A stretch of DNA of 47,244 bases, the filler included, from Catajapyx aquilonaris (Eukaryota), in assembly GCA_000934665.2 (NCBI GenBank). It is 2 parts of 2 records of this genome, joined end to end, with 100 filler letters (N's around TTAATTAATTAA, not from the genome) between each part and the next. Parts side by side here need not be neighbours in the genome. Positions count along the whole stretch, not along the records: positions 23,768 to 47,244 come from JYFJ02005675.1; 1 more part is not named here. One strand, written 5' to 3'. The position numbers and the translations under genes are program-made. The notes beneath the pieces were generated by a model, which saw only the letters and a list, made by a program, of their open reading frames with translations, ran no database searches and was not told where the DNA came from. Shown one piece after another: positions 24,319 to 35,055 of this stretch (positions are counted from its first letter, which is position 1; every line of letters starts with the position of its first letter).

Positions 24319-25260
24319 TTGTTACCGTGCTATATAATCCCATGGCCAAGAGTACGCAGGCTCTAATGTTGCATAGGAATGAAAATTAATTAGGAGAGTC
24401 TACTGATTTTTACTGCCTATTTAAAAGCCTATTTTGGTTGTTTTCAGGACCTAAATGCCTACCTATTTGAGGGTTTTTTAGAACCTAAAAATCTTTTCTT
24501 TAACGATGACTATCCTGACAAGTATGGTTACCCCAGTGCATGCTTGAATTGCTGGTTGCCGGGGTCAGGGACTCGCACTCCCAGACAGTTGCTCAACCGC
24601 CTGACTCTGGCACTTAGCAATGCAGGGATCCATGGGGGTATTCATACTTGTCAAGATACACATCATTGATGTCGAAGTTCGACATCTCCTAGAAGTAGTG
24701 TCGACGGCCTTTATGGCTCCATAACATGGATTTACCATACGCACCAACTACCATCCGTTTCACATTTTGTCTGACGAATTAGAGAACAAGCTGTGGGCTA
24801 TGTTTAGTAAAAAGGAGAAAATTCTGCCATGTTGTTGGGATCACATATCGATGAGAATCAGAAGTTTGACGGATTAGGGATCGTTTGAGTTAGAAGCCGA
24901 AGTATTTTACAACAATGTACTTTCAGTGTCTTTTAACAGTATGCTGGGAAAATCGTGGTAATATTTTCATTTACAACCACATGAATCGCAAATTTGAAAA
25001 AGCAAGTAAATGACAGTAACAAAACTTTTCAGGAAGCAAGAAAAACTATCTACCCCAGACCCCTCTGTGTTAGAAAAGTGGAATTTTACGGAGTAGACAT
25101 CATAACCATCCCAAAGAGATCCGTGATATTTTTATTTAGGTAACTCAATTACAGTTGCAAAACAAAAAAGAAAAAAAGAAAAACAGACTTAACTTTCCTC
25201 TTACAACTTTTCTGAATTATACACCAGAAAATAATGTAAGTTAAACAAATCGATTTTTTA

Positions 25261-25389
25261 CAGCATATATGTACTATATCGCTCAAAAACACAGAGACGA
25301 TTTTGTATTTGACTCAAGTGCATCCTGCACTTGAATCAAATGCAAAATCGTCTCTATGTTTTTGAGCGATATAGTACTTCACTATGCTG
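25261..25389. repeat. Near-perfect palindrome (52-bp core arms, 3-nt loop)
   Basis: 25271-25322 versus 25326-25377 shows 3 mismatches, all transitions. Outer CAGCATA/TATGCTG extends it. Confidence 0.9.
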
Positions 25390-27872
25390 CATTACTTTGC
25401 ATTATTAATCATCCTCTTATTCCTCTACAGTCCATGCGAGAATGTCATTGTAAACTCTGTGGTTTTCAAGGTCGTACTGGAGTAGATGCTGTATGTACAA
25501 CAATTTTTGCTCTGGAATTGGCATGGAACTCCACATCGATGCAATGGCTAATCTGACTTGCACCTTTCTTGCATGTTTTCATGTGTCATGGGGTGGAGAA
25601 TCTTATGGTGCCAATAATCTATTCAAAATCGCCAAAATCGTGACTTACCCCCCTTTGCAAATGTGCGATTCACATAATTATCTGATCCTTTAAGACATAC
25701 TGGTACATCAAAAGGATGATATTCTGGATTCAGACCGGCAGTCAATAATAGCAGGGGTCGAAATATTCGGATCACGCAAAGGTGCAATTTGCACTCCAAA
25801 ATTGTCATCTGCACTCCATACTGAGCCTTGGAGTGCAAAGCTTGCACTACAGTTGATCCTGATTTTTGATGTGCGAACTTGCAAATGCACTGTACTCCCA
25901 ATTGTCTGGGTGTGGATTATCAGTGCATTGCCAAAAATTAAAATTAAAAATAGCAGTCTGAAAACATGGCTGTTAGGTGATAGCCCCGAAAACGGCCATT
26001 GAGCGAAATGCCATTTTAAAAACGGGCATATCACGAAATTCTTCGTAAAACTGGTATACGGTATATACATGGTAAAGTGGCTAATAAACAGGGTCATTAG
26101 ATGTCAAGTATTTCACCCACTTGCCAAACAACAATAGGGTGATTTATTTCCAGCATCTATGTGGCTTATAGTTGGGCACAAGAAACTGCCACAAAGCGTT
26201 ATGGGCCTTTTCTGAACCAGCCACAACATAAAATTTGCTCCTGACATTTTTGTTTAGTCCAGAAAAGTGCTCTGGCTGTTTTGAAAACAACCATTTTGCT
26301 ATCTGGCTGTTTAAAAATGAGCATTTCACCAAATTAATGGTTTGAAAGGGAGCATTTTGCGATGTCTGTTTTGAGAAGAGCATTCCCCGAAATGGTTGCT
26401 TTTTTCCCCGCTCAATGACTGTTTTTGGGGTTTGAGCCTAACATCTATTATGTCTTGCAAACGAAGAAATCTAACCGACTTTTTCCAGAAGACAAACTAA
26501 AAATTTATGGTATATTTTAGTATTCTGATTAAACCTAATTTAAAGAAGCACACAGTATGTACAGTCATTAATTAAAAACCTGTGAATAGCTCATTTTTGC
26601 GGTATCTAGGACCATTTTCGGATTATCCGTGTTTTCGGATTATCCGGCGACACCTGTGCATTCATTAGCTCGGATAAATATATAATCAGTAGTACAGTGT
26701 ATGCCAAGCTTTTGTTCTTTTTTCTGGCAGAATGTGTCAGTCTTTTTATGTTTTGCTGTGCCAAAAACATGCTTTTCTACTCTTACCAATCCAACACCAA
26801 TATTTTCGATTATTTTACTTTCATTTCTCTTATCTCAAGCTGATATTTTAATAAACTCAGAGCATAGCAACCAAGAGGTTGTACAGCACTTCTGTGCTTT
26901 TTAGGCTTTTCATGCTTTTCCGTTGCCTTAATATTGTGGCCATGGTGTAACATACTATCAGCGCAGGGCCCTGGTTCGAATGTATAGTATAATTTGACGG
27001 GACCCCAATGGCCACATGAGGGCCCCCTTCTCTTTCAACTAATACCCTTCTACAAATTTTTCTACCTCCATCATTGCGACATATTCCTTCTTTGACTTCC
27101 CCTTGTAGAATTTTAGGTGATTATTAACATCTTTAATGCTTTTCAGCTGTTAGGGGTCCTCCTAATTATGGTACCTAGTTCGGCTGAACCACTAGAACTA
27201 GGCCTACCATAGTTCCGCCACTCCCTTACGGCCGTATACAGCACGATACCTAAATGTGTACGTGTAGATTGATACCAAATGGAAATGATCAAGGGAATGA
27301 ACGGGGCCCTTATTGCCTTCATGCTTACTCAGAGAGATCTCTCTCTCTTTTCTCCCTCTCTCTGTTCCTGGATGGGGGAGCCCATCAGCTGGGGGCGCCC
27401 TGTGGGGCAGACGCCCCACCTGAGGGATAGGATCGGCGCCACTGCTTATCAGGGTGAAATGGCCACCTTCAGTCAAATTTCCATCCTTTCTAATATTCGA
27501 ATGAATCAAGAGATAATGGCATTGCTGACCACATTGGTTAAACTGGAGGGTGCTGGGGACGGGAAAATGCTAGTCCAGGAGACGGTTTCTTAGAACACCT
27601 AGTCAATGGAATTCCTAATCCATCATTGAACTGCGAGCTGACCAAAAAGTTGACCCAATTTTTAGACATCTCCGTGCGGACTTCGTTTCTGGCAGGACCA
27701 TCATTGTGTATTATCTTTTAATATATTCTTGCTGACTGGTGAGCTAGAGCTCCCCTTAAAAAGTCTTAAGACACTCAAAATAAAAAAAATAACTTTTTTT
27801 TCCAATCAAGCATGAGACTGGTTACCATACCAGACTATCTCATTGACCTTGCACTCCTTCGACGCAACTTAC

Positions 27873-27959
27873 ATCCTGACGGCTCCGCAAAGTACTCCTC
27901 TTCGGACGTAGCAAGACGTCTTTGAAGTCCAGCTTCACATCGTTCACCAAGTTCGGCAT
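27873..27959 (-). CDS. GMPR: GMP reductase, first coding exon
   Basis: Not in the ORF track (too short). The minus strand translates to MPNLVNDVKLDFKDVLLRPKRSTLRSRQD followed by a GTAAGT donor, matching the animal GMPR N-terminus (..DVKLDFKDVLLRPKRSTL.SR). Confidence 0.93.
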
Positions 27960-28014
27960 GGAGCTATCTTATGAAGGCACCTTTTCTCCAACCGTGAAAA
28001 AGTCGATACCCAGA

Positions 28015-28045
28015 CCAAACTAATGGGAAGCCACACACACGTGGA
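28015..28045 (-). promoter_or_regulatory. Candidate GMPR core promoter
   Basis: E-box CACGTG at 28038-28043 and Inr-like ATTAGTT on the minus strand ~60 nt upstream of the ATG. Short motifs only. Confidence 0.3.
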
Positions 28046-28268
28046 TCAAGTAGAAGTTCCAGGTGAAGAATCACAGTCTATTTCTAAATTTCAATTCATT
28101 TATTGCACGTCTAAGCTCTCCGTCTCTCATATAACCCTAAAAGCTTAAATATCACTTCACTTATATTCTAAAAATGGTTTCAAGCAATTTCTTTTGAAAA
28201 AAATCGCCGGCGCCGGCAGAGGCAGGCGGTGGCAGTGGCCAAAGCGGGCCAAAGTATATAGAAGACTA

Positions 28269-30026
28269 CAGGTAGGGCCGTAAGCGGCCTGGCCAATCAG
28301 CGCGAAGCAACCGCGTGACGTCACCCAGATGACAAAATCTCCCGCTTATTATGAAAACAGGCGCTCTGCATTGGGGAAACGGGCCTTGTGCCTGCGATTT
28401 GAGACGGATTACTCGAGTTACGTGCCAGTGCACGGTGGATTCTGGGGGAGGGGGATGTGCCCAGTACTCACACATCACTGTCGCCCACCATCGGAGTGCA
28501 AACGCCCGGGTTGGACCCACTTCCTTGGCGCGCCTCACACCGCCACTTATTATTGCCTGTCCTTCTAATCCGACATTATTTTTTTGGCGGAATTATACAC
28601 TTCGAGCCTAAATCGATTTTTTACCATGTTTTGGGCACCTTATAGAGTTTTTCCACGGTTAGACCAACCACCAAAAGTTTAGGATAATTTTTGTACAGCC
28701 ACGGAAAGTTGTAAAAACGGCGTAAGTGAAAATCGCATGTAGTTTGCGGCGTATCTGATGGGGTGCAGTAGTCATTGCGGTGTCACTTCCTAAATTATCA
28801 TGGTCGACGAACTAATTTATGACATTTCCAAATCCCTCGGTGGTCAAGTTTCGGTGTGCGGAATGCATGAGTTCCGATCGGAGCTGGCTGTCGTCTCTAC
28901 CGCCATCCACGTCTTCTGCGATGATGATGAAATTAAGATGTTTGCACATTTTACAGAGTTATGATGTTTCAATGACCTCATCTGGAGTAAATGAAACAGT
29001 AACTGACCATTCCCTATCGTATTGCATGCTGTTGGAATTGCCCCACTTGCTGGGAAAAATGGTTACAATGTTTTCTCTGCTATTTTCCTTTTAACATAAA
29101 ATAAGTAACGAGCTGAAAAAAGAAGAGCTTCTTCCTTATCCGGGTGCGGGTACTGTATGTAATTTTTAGATTCCATTTTGTACAGTTTTGTTGCACTATA
29201 TCAGAAATGACATAAGTTTCTATTATTTGTTCGTTGGAATACTCCATTTTACCCAAGTAATTTTTATAAACGCTGTACTGGATACTCCTAAGTTTACAAA
29301 TATTCCTTATGATAGAGAGACACAATAGATTCAAAAAAACATCAGTGACATGATGACATCAGTGACATAGCAAAAGAGGCGGATGGTGGATGGCGGTAGA
29401 CGATGACTGCCAGCTCCGATCGGAACCCATGCATTTCGTACAACGAAAGGGTTTAGGAAATGTCAGATTTGAGTTCCTCGACCCTGAAACTCGCTGAAAC
29501 TTAGGAAATGACCCCGAAATGACTACCGCCTCCCATCATGCAGATATGCCGCACTACACCGTTTTTACAACTTTGCGTGGCTGTACAAAAATTATCCGAA
29601 ACTTTTGGTAGTGGTCTAACCCTGGAAACACTGCATAAGGTGCCCAAACACGTGGTAAAAAATCGATTTAGGCTCGAAGTGCATAATTCCGCAAAAAAAA
29701 AATAATGTCGGACTAGATGAAGGACAGGCAATAAGTGGCGGGTGGCGGTGTGAGGCGCGCCAAGGAAGTGGGTCCAACCCAGGCGTTTGCACTCCGATGG
29801 TGGGCGACAGTGATGTGTGAGTACTGGGCACATCCCCCTCCCCCAGCACCCACCGTGAACAGGTGAACTGGCACGCAACTCGAGTAATCCGTCTCAAATC
29901 GCAGGCACAAGGCCCGTTTCCCCATGCAGAGCGCCTGTGTTCATAATAAGCGGAAGATTTCGTCTTCTGGGTGACGTCTCATAATGCTGCGCGATAATTG
30001 GCCAAGCCCCTTACGGGCTTACCCTG
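28269..30026. repeat. Large inverted repeat / foldback structure (~640-bp arms, ~470-bp AT-rich spacer)
   Basis: 28269-~28911 is the reverse complement of ~29386-30026 with substitutions and indels. The ORF track shows mirrored peptides on opposite strands. No TSD seen. Confidence 0.93.
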
Positions 30027-30119
30027 GCTGCCTGGCAAGTGGCAAGTACCCTTCCTTCTATTTACCCTGGCGGTGCCGTTGTGCGAGGGGGCTTTGGGCG
30101 CACCATATTATATTTGAAT

Positions 30120-30541
30120 CATCCGCACCGCAGCCGCAACGGCCACGGCCAGTCGGCGAGTCGGGAATCGGCCATGGGATAGGACGAGTAATGAGAAGAA
30201 AGATCTAGACTAGAGAGCGACCGTCAAGCCCATCCACACGAGCCGACGAGCGAGTGTTCCTTCCAAACTTCCAATCCCCCAGACCCAGTGTCACGCGATT
30301 TGCCTGGAGAGTGGAGTCCACGGGTCCACGAGAAAAGTTGAGCCAGCCTCAACGCGAGAGCAGGTAGGTAGTGCAAATGGCCGTTCTCGCCTTTCTGTCT
30401 CGTTCTAACGCATGATTTTTGCAGTCATTGTAGGAACACCTGCAGAACTAAACCATGTTGAAGAAGTCATGGTGGGAATCACTCCAGCCGCTCCAGCACT
30501 AAACCAAGAGCATAAGATGGATGTGGTGGAATAGAAGGTTG
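30120..30541 (+). other. Probable 5' non-coding exons of a transcript divergent from GMPR (start approximate)
   Basis: GC/CpG-rich segment ending CAG|GTAGGT at 30363, then a 61-nt intron with CTAAC branch point and TTTTTGCAG acceptor, exon 30425-30541, and donor GTAAGA. No continuous ORF. Confidence 0.5.
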
Positions 30542-31086
30542 GTAAGATGTGTTGGTGAAAATGAATGCATCAATCAGGGGCTAGGTACTGGGTTGTAACA
30601 GTCCCAGTCACAGCAAAAAGGAGAGACAGTTAATACTGGTGTTGTGATAAGAGGGAATAAATGTAAAAATGTCAATATTGGAATTCAGAGAATTTACATG
30701 TATTATTGGCACAGTATTAACATGGACACTCACCCTCAGAAAAGCATGTGAAGGTGTCTGGAATAATATTGGGCAACGCTTTCGCTTCGGGATATTCAGC
30801 AATTTTATGTACCTTTCTAGGCTTGTATCTGCTGAAAGATAGGTGCAAGGATAGGTGTGTATCCGCATAGGCACTTCGTCGAAGAGTGCTGAATTACTCT
30901 AGTGAATGAATTACTCTTGTTGTACTAGCTGTAATAACATTGCAAAATTCGACACCTATCCGATCATTCTTAAGCCCGCAATTGCAAGTTTGGACTTATA
31001 TACGCACTGTTTGCGCAAAATAAGTCCACGTAGCCTAAACCTTCCGCGGACAACCTTTGCAGGTGGTAGTGAGGTGGCAGGTGGCA

Positions 31087-31855
31087 GTGACCTTATGACC
31101 TCCTGCATGTTACCAATCGTCTGAGCGACCTCGAATTATGCGGAAATGGCACCAACAAGGCAATTTGGAATTTCAAAAAATCTATGACTTTTTTTCCAAA
31201 ATGGTCCCCATTTTGACCCCTCAAGGTCAAGGGTCAGGGTGCTGCTGGTCAATTTGATCGCCTTAGTCTATTGAACGTATGTGCAAAGTGGCTTGCTTTC
31301 TGTAGGAATTTGCAGCATTTTATACCGTTTTTCCAAGTGTACGGCTCAGATTAGCAGGATGGCACTATCACTATTAAATATTTTGACAGTTTTTTAACAG
31401 ATGATCGCACAAATATGCGAGTGATATCGTTGCAAAGGTGGGAATGCAAGGAAACCTTTTCCGTCCTACACATTTTGTCGAGTCAGCTGTGCGTAACGGA
31501 TTATTTTCATGTTTTCAAAAGAGCAAGGAGAAAATTCAAACTTGGCGGGCGTTTTCACGGTGACCTTGACCAGCAGGTGGTATGATGACCTGACATTCAC
31601 GTTGCACATCCAATTGTAAACATTTTAAGAGGAATCCGAGCAATATCGGACGAGTAGCTTCGTTTTTATAGCCAATTCCAAGGCGAGTGTCACTTATGTA
31701 CTTCTTGAGCCAATAAAAACATGACGCGCACATGGGATTTTTCGGGACTTTCAGTATGTTGCTCAGGACACTGGGACCCATGTGCCAATTTTCAGCTTGA
31801 CATTATTTTTTATCGGGTTGACGCTATATTTCGTCTAAAACTCCTGGGCTACAAG
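31087..31855. mobile_element. Non-autonomous DNA transposon remnant (possibly Academ-like terminus)
   Basis: 31087-31447 is repeated directly at 45211-45597. The right end reads TAGCCCAGGAGTTTTAGACGAAA..CAAGCTGAAAATTGGCACA on the minus strand. Confidence 0.5.
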
Positions 31856-32351
31856 GTATCGACGATCTTGTAAGCTACTACCATGGCGTCTGATAAAAAT
31901 ATGGAAAAAGACTCACATATGCATTCATTCAATTATACCTGATGATTTTTAAAAATCCCAATGGAAACGTGATACCTTTGCCAGTCAGTAAATCCTAAGC
32001 TATCCCCCTCACAGCTTGCACCAGGAGGCCCTATTATCTTGCTTGTTACCCCAGACCTCCTTATCAATAAAGCAGGCCAGATGGGTGAGAGGAGTAATAT
32101 GAATCCTCCAGGGGAAGGAAGAGTATTTGCAACATTAGCACATACTATATGCGAGGACCAGCTTGCTGTCAAACTTACAATATATTTATGGTTATGTGGA
32201 ATCACACATAAGACTAGTCATTGTACTAATTTTTCCTCTCGAAACTTGTGGTATCAGATTTTACCAGTTCTGAGGCCAGAGGCATGGTGATCTGACATGT
32301 CTTTGCTGAGCTCCTCTAGTGTGTGTTAGTGACAAACGTGCACCATAATAT

Positions 32352-33230
32352 GAGGCGCCTTCTTCCAAAACCCGATAAATCCAAGATAAATGGTTCCGAG
32401 ATAATTGAGAAATAGCTGCGGTGCCGAAGCTAATTAATATTACAAGACCGGCCCAAGTCCATCTGCTACATATGTGGATGTTGCATATGATGAGCTTTCA
32501 CAAGAAAATGATCAACATCATCAAGTCGTAGTTTAAGGAATAGTCGTTGTGGATATTTCGATTTTTGCTGCAAAGAGAGTGGATTTGGCGGTTTTTGCAA
32601 CATTTAGGAAATTTGGAAACCCAATGGTGACTCCAATACAGGAACATCAGCTTCAGGGTCGTGACTGAAAGTGGTGTGAAGCGGAGTCGGAGTGATTGTG
32701 ATAATCATTGTGAATATTTCAGTCACGTATCATAACAGCATTACCAGCATAACTGGTATTTTTATGTATAGAGTCTTCATTTACCTGGGTTCCGCCACGG
32801 GTTCGTCCGGCACGTCCATCTTGGAGCAGGAACCTATGTAGTCTGACTGCCAGATGACTGCCTTGACAAAGAACGCGTACGGGAGCAAGCATGACTCACT
32901 GTGGTGCCATGTGTAGCTTAGAGATAAATTTGTCTGCGTACGAAAGATATCCCATGCCAACTAGAGCTGTTCACGCTGCATTTGTCGGGTTATGGATGAT
33001 TCGGTGGATTTGTCGGTTTTAGAAACATAGAATATGAACTTCCTGCCTGCATTTGTCGGGTTTTGCATGATCGTCCACTTTTCTTCGGGCCATTACAGCC
33101 GCATTTGTCGATGTTTGCTGAATATTTTGTCGTTACGTGATGAAACACATCTTGATATAAGAACATATTTCCACCCTTAACTCATTTTTTTTGGAAATTG
33201 GATTTGTCGGGTTTTGGAAGAAGGTGCCTC
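32352..33230. mobile_element. Sola2-like non-autonomous DNA transposon
   Basis: 33-bp TIR GAGGC(G/A)CCTTCTTCCAAAACCCGA(T/C)AAATCCAA, 4-bp TSD ATAT on both sides, and repeated internal ATTTGTCGG motifs. Confidence 0.75.
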
Positions 33231-33300
33231 ATATACTCTGTAAATTCATCGAATAAGTGGTTGAAAACATATTCATCCTGGCGAGAACAGAGTGATTCTA

Positions 33301-33570
33301 TATGTCAGAAACGTAGCCACAGTTATTCAGTGTTATGTTTCGTGTGTTTACGAAGGCGTACTTTGGATAGGTGCTATTTCAGATATATCCTCTGAATTTG
33401 GAGATTACCAAAAATAAAGATGCTCCATCCAAGTGGTTGTGCCCAAGTATATCGATGGCCTGAACCGGAGGATACCTGCTGGGTCTCGGCTGATGACATT
33501 TTGTCTCTTGTGCACAGTGTGTTCGATGCATTAGTCGGAGCCTACAAACTTAGTCAGGATGAGGCAAAAA
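33301..33570 (+). pseudogene. C-terminal remnant of a Sola-type transposase
   Basis: YVSCVYEGVLWIGAISDISSEFGDY, then a frameshift in the A-run near 33410, then IKMLHPSGCAQVYRWPEPEDTCWVSADDIL. This resembles the YV.C.Y...W.IG...HP.G....WP..ED.CWV....IL tail I associate with Sola transposases. Confidence 0.5.
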
Positions 33571-33942
33571 AAAAATGCGAGCCTTGTTTTCTGGACGACA
33601 ACCACTGTGACGATGAATGCAGGTTGTTGCATATCAGGGCATCATAACTTTTCATGAAGAGATCCATATACATTAATTATGGTGCGGTGCGCACAATACA
33701 ATACTTTCCAATTTGGCCATTTTGTTACAGATTGTTTGACAGTAACTGCAGCATTAATGTTATTTTACTCAACAGTATTTAATTAGTCACATGACTTTCA
33801 CATTTCAGTTGTCACAATCTTGACTTATGTGTATAATATAGTCCTAGGTGGGCGAAAGCTACAAGTAAAACGTATTAACATGTATTATAAAGTAATTATT
33901 ATTAAGTAATCAGACAGCTGTCAGCTTCCGAGCAGGAAGGTC

Positions 33943-35055
33943 GTGTGGGGTTGGGGCTGTACACGTGCGCTAGAAGGGCCGGATAAGTTTCCCCAGTTTA
34001 CTGGCACTAGTGTCTACCTGGTACTAGTGTGCACCCATCTACGAGTGGGGACCGCAACACTCTCGCAAATCGGTGAGTTGCTGGACGCTTTCAAGGCGGA
34101 CTTTCTGTCCAGGATGGACGCTGCCATGCTGAATCTGCGTGCCTCCATGGAGGAATCCAACCGTCAAATTTTGGAGCAATTGGAGGGTCAAAAGGAGGCA
34201 ACGAAAATCCTGCGGGCAGAAAACGACCAGCTGTGGACCGAAAACACGCAGCTAAAGTCACGTATGGAGACACTAGAAAATCAATCCCGTAGAAACAACG
34301 TCATACTTCGGGGGGTGCAGGAACGTGAGGGCGAAACCTGGGCGGATGCCGAAAGCCTTTTCCGCAAAACAGTGTCGGACTATCGACTACACTCGGCGCC
34401 CGGTCAGATTGAGATCCAACGAGCGCACCGACTGGGTCCCAGGCAACAGGGACGAAACCGCCCCATTATTGCTGCACTCCTACGCTTCAAGGATAAAGAC
34501 GAGATAATCTCCAATGGAAGGAACCTCAAGGACTCTACGATTAGTCTGGCGGAGGACTTTTCGTCATTGACACGAGACAAGAGGCGACAGCTGACACCCT
34601 ACCTAAAGGAAGCCAAGATGAAGGGCAACAAAGCACGACTCAGGGTGGACAAGCTGATTGTGAACGGGACGCAATATGAATTGACGGAGGACGGCCGCGA
34701 CATCCAGATGTCCTACCGCAACTACGGGAGGCAGTTCACGGATCGCAGCTCTGACGTCACCGAGGCGGCTCCGTATGGAAAAAGGCCTCCACAATCCCCG
34801 ATGAATGTGGACAACACAGCAAAGAAACCAGATACAACGAATACCAGCCCACAGCAACAACATGAAGCTGGAGATGACCATGACCTCGTGCATGATCAAG
34901 CGGCTGCCGACCTGAGTGAACCGCCCATTGACGACGGGGAAGATTTCGTCGAGAACCAGGCGCAGTCGCACACGCTGCCCGTTGCAGCCAAGCTAAGTAA
35001 ATTTAAGCGTAACCAGCCGAAAGGGAAAGAGCCCCAGCAAGCTCCTGAGAACTAA
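33943..35055 (+). CDS. LINE ORF1 protein (coiled coil plus L1-type RRM/CTD, Transposase_22-like)
   Basis: LENQSRRNNVILRGVQE, IQRAHRLG..RPII and ISLAEDFS..TRDKRRQL motifs. First in-frame ATG is at 34114. Confidence 0.9.
   Translation: MWGWGCTRALEGPDKFPQFTGTSVYLVLVCTHLRVGTATLSQIGELLDAFKADFLSRMDAAMLNLRASMEESNRQILEQLEGQKEATKILRAENDQLWTENTQLKSRMETLENQSRRNNVILRGVQEREGETWADAESLFRKTVSDYRLHSAPGQIEIQRAHRLGPRQQGRNRPIIAALLRFKDKDEIISNGRNLKDSTISLAEDFSSLTRDKRRQLTPYLKEAKMKGNKARLRVDKLIVNGTQYELTEDGRDIQMSYRNYGRQFTDRSSDVTEAAPYGKRPPQSPMNVDNTAKKPDTTNTSPQQQHEAGDDHDLVHDQAAADLSEPPIDDGEDFVENQAQSHTLPVAAKLSKFKRNQPKGKEPQQAPEN

Noticed and set aside
19893..27959. GMPR exon 1 and the 20-kb exons as one gene
   Set aside because: The peptides are unrelated to GMPR, the phases are incompatible (0 versus 1), and an artificial linker lies between them.
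28266..29925. Mirrored ORFs as duplicated genes
   Set aside because: Chance frames in the inverted-repeat arms. Indels between arms break the frames.
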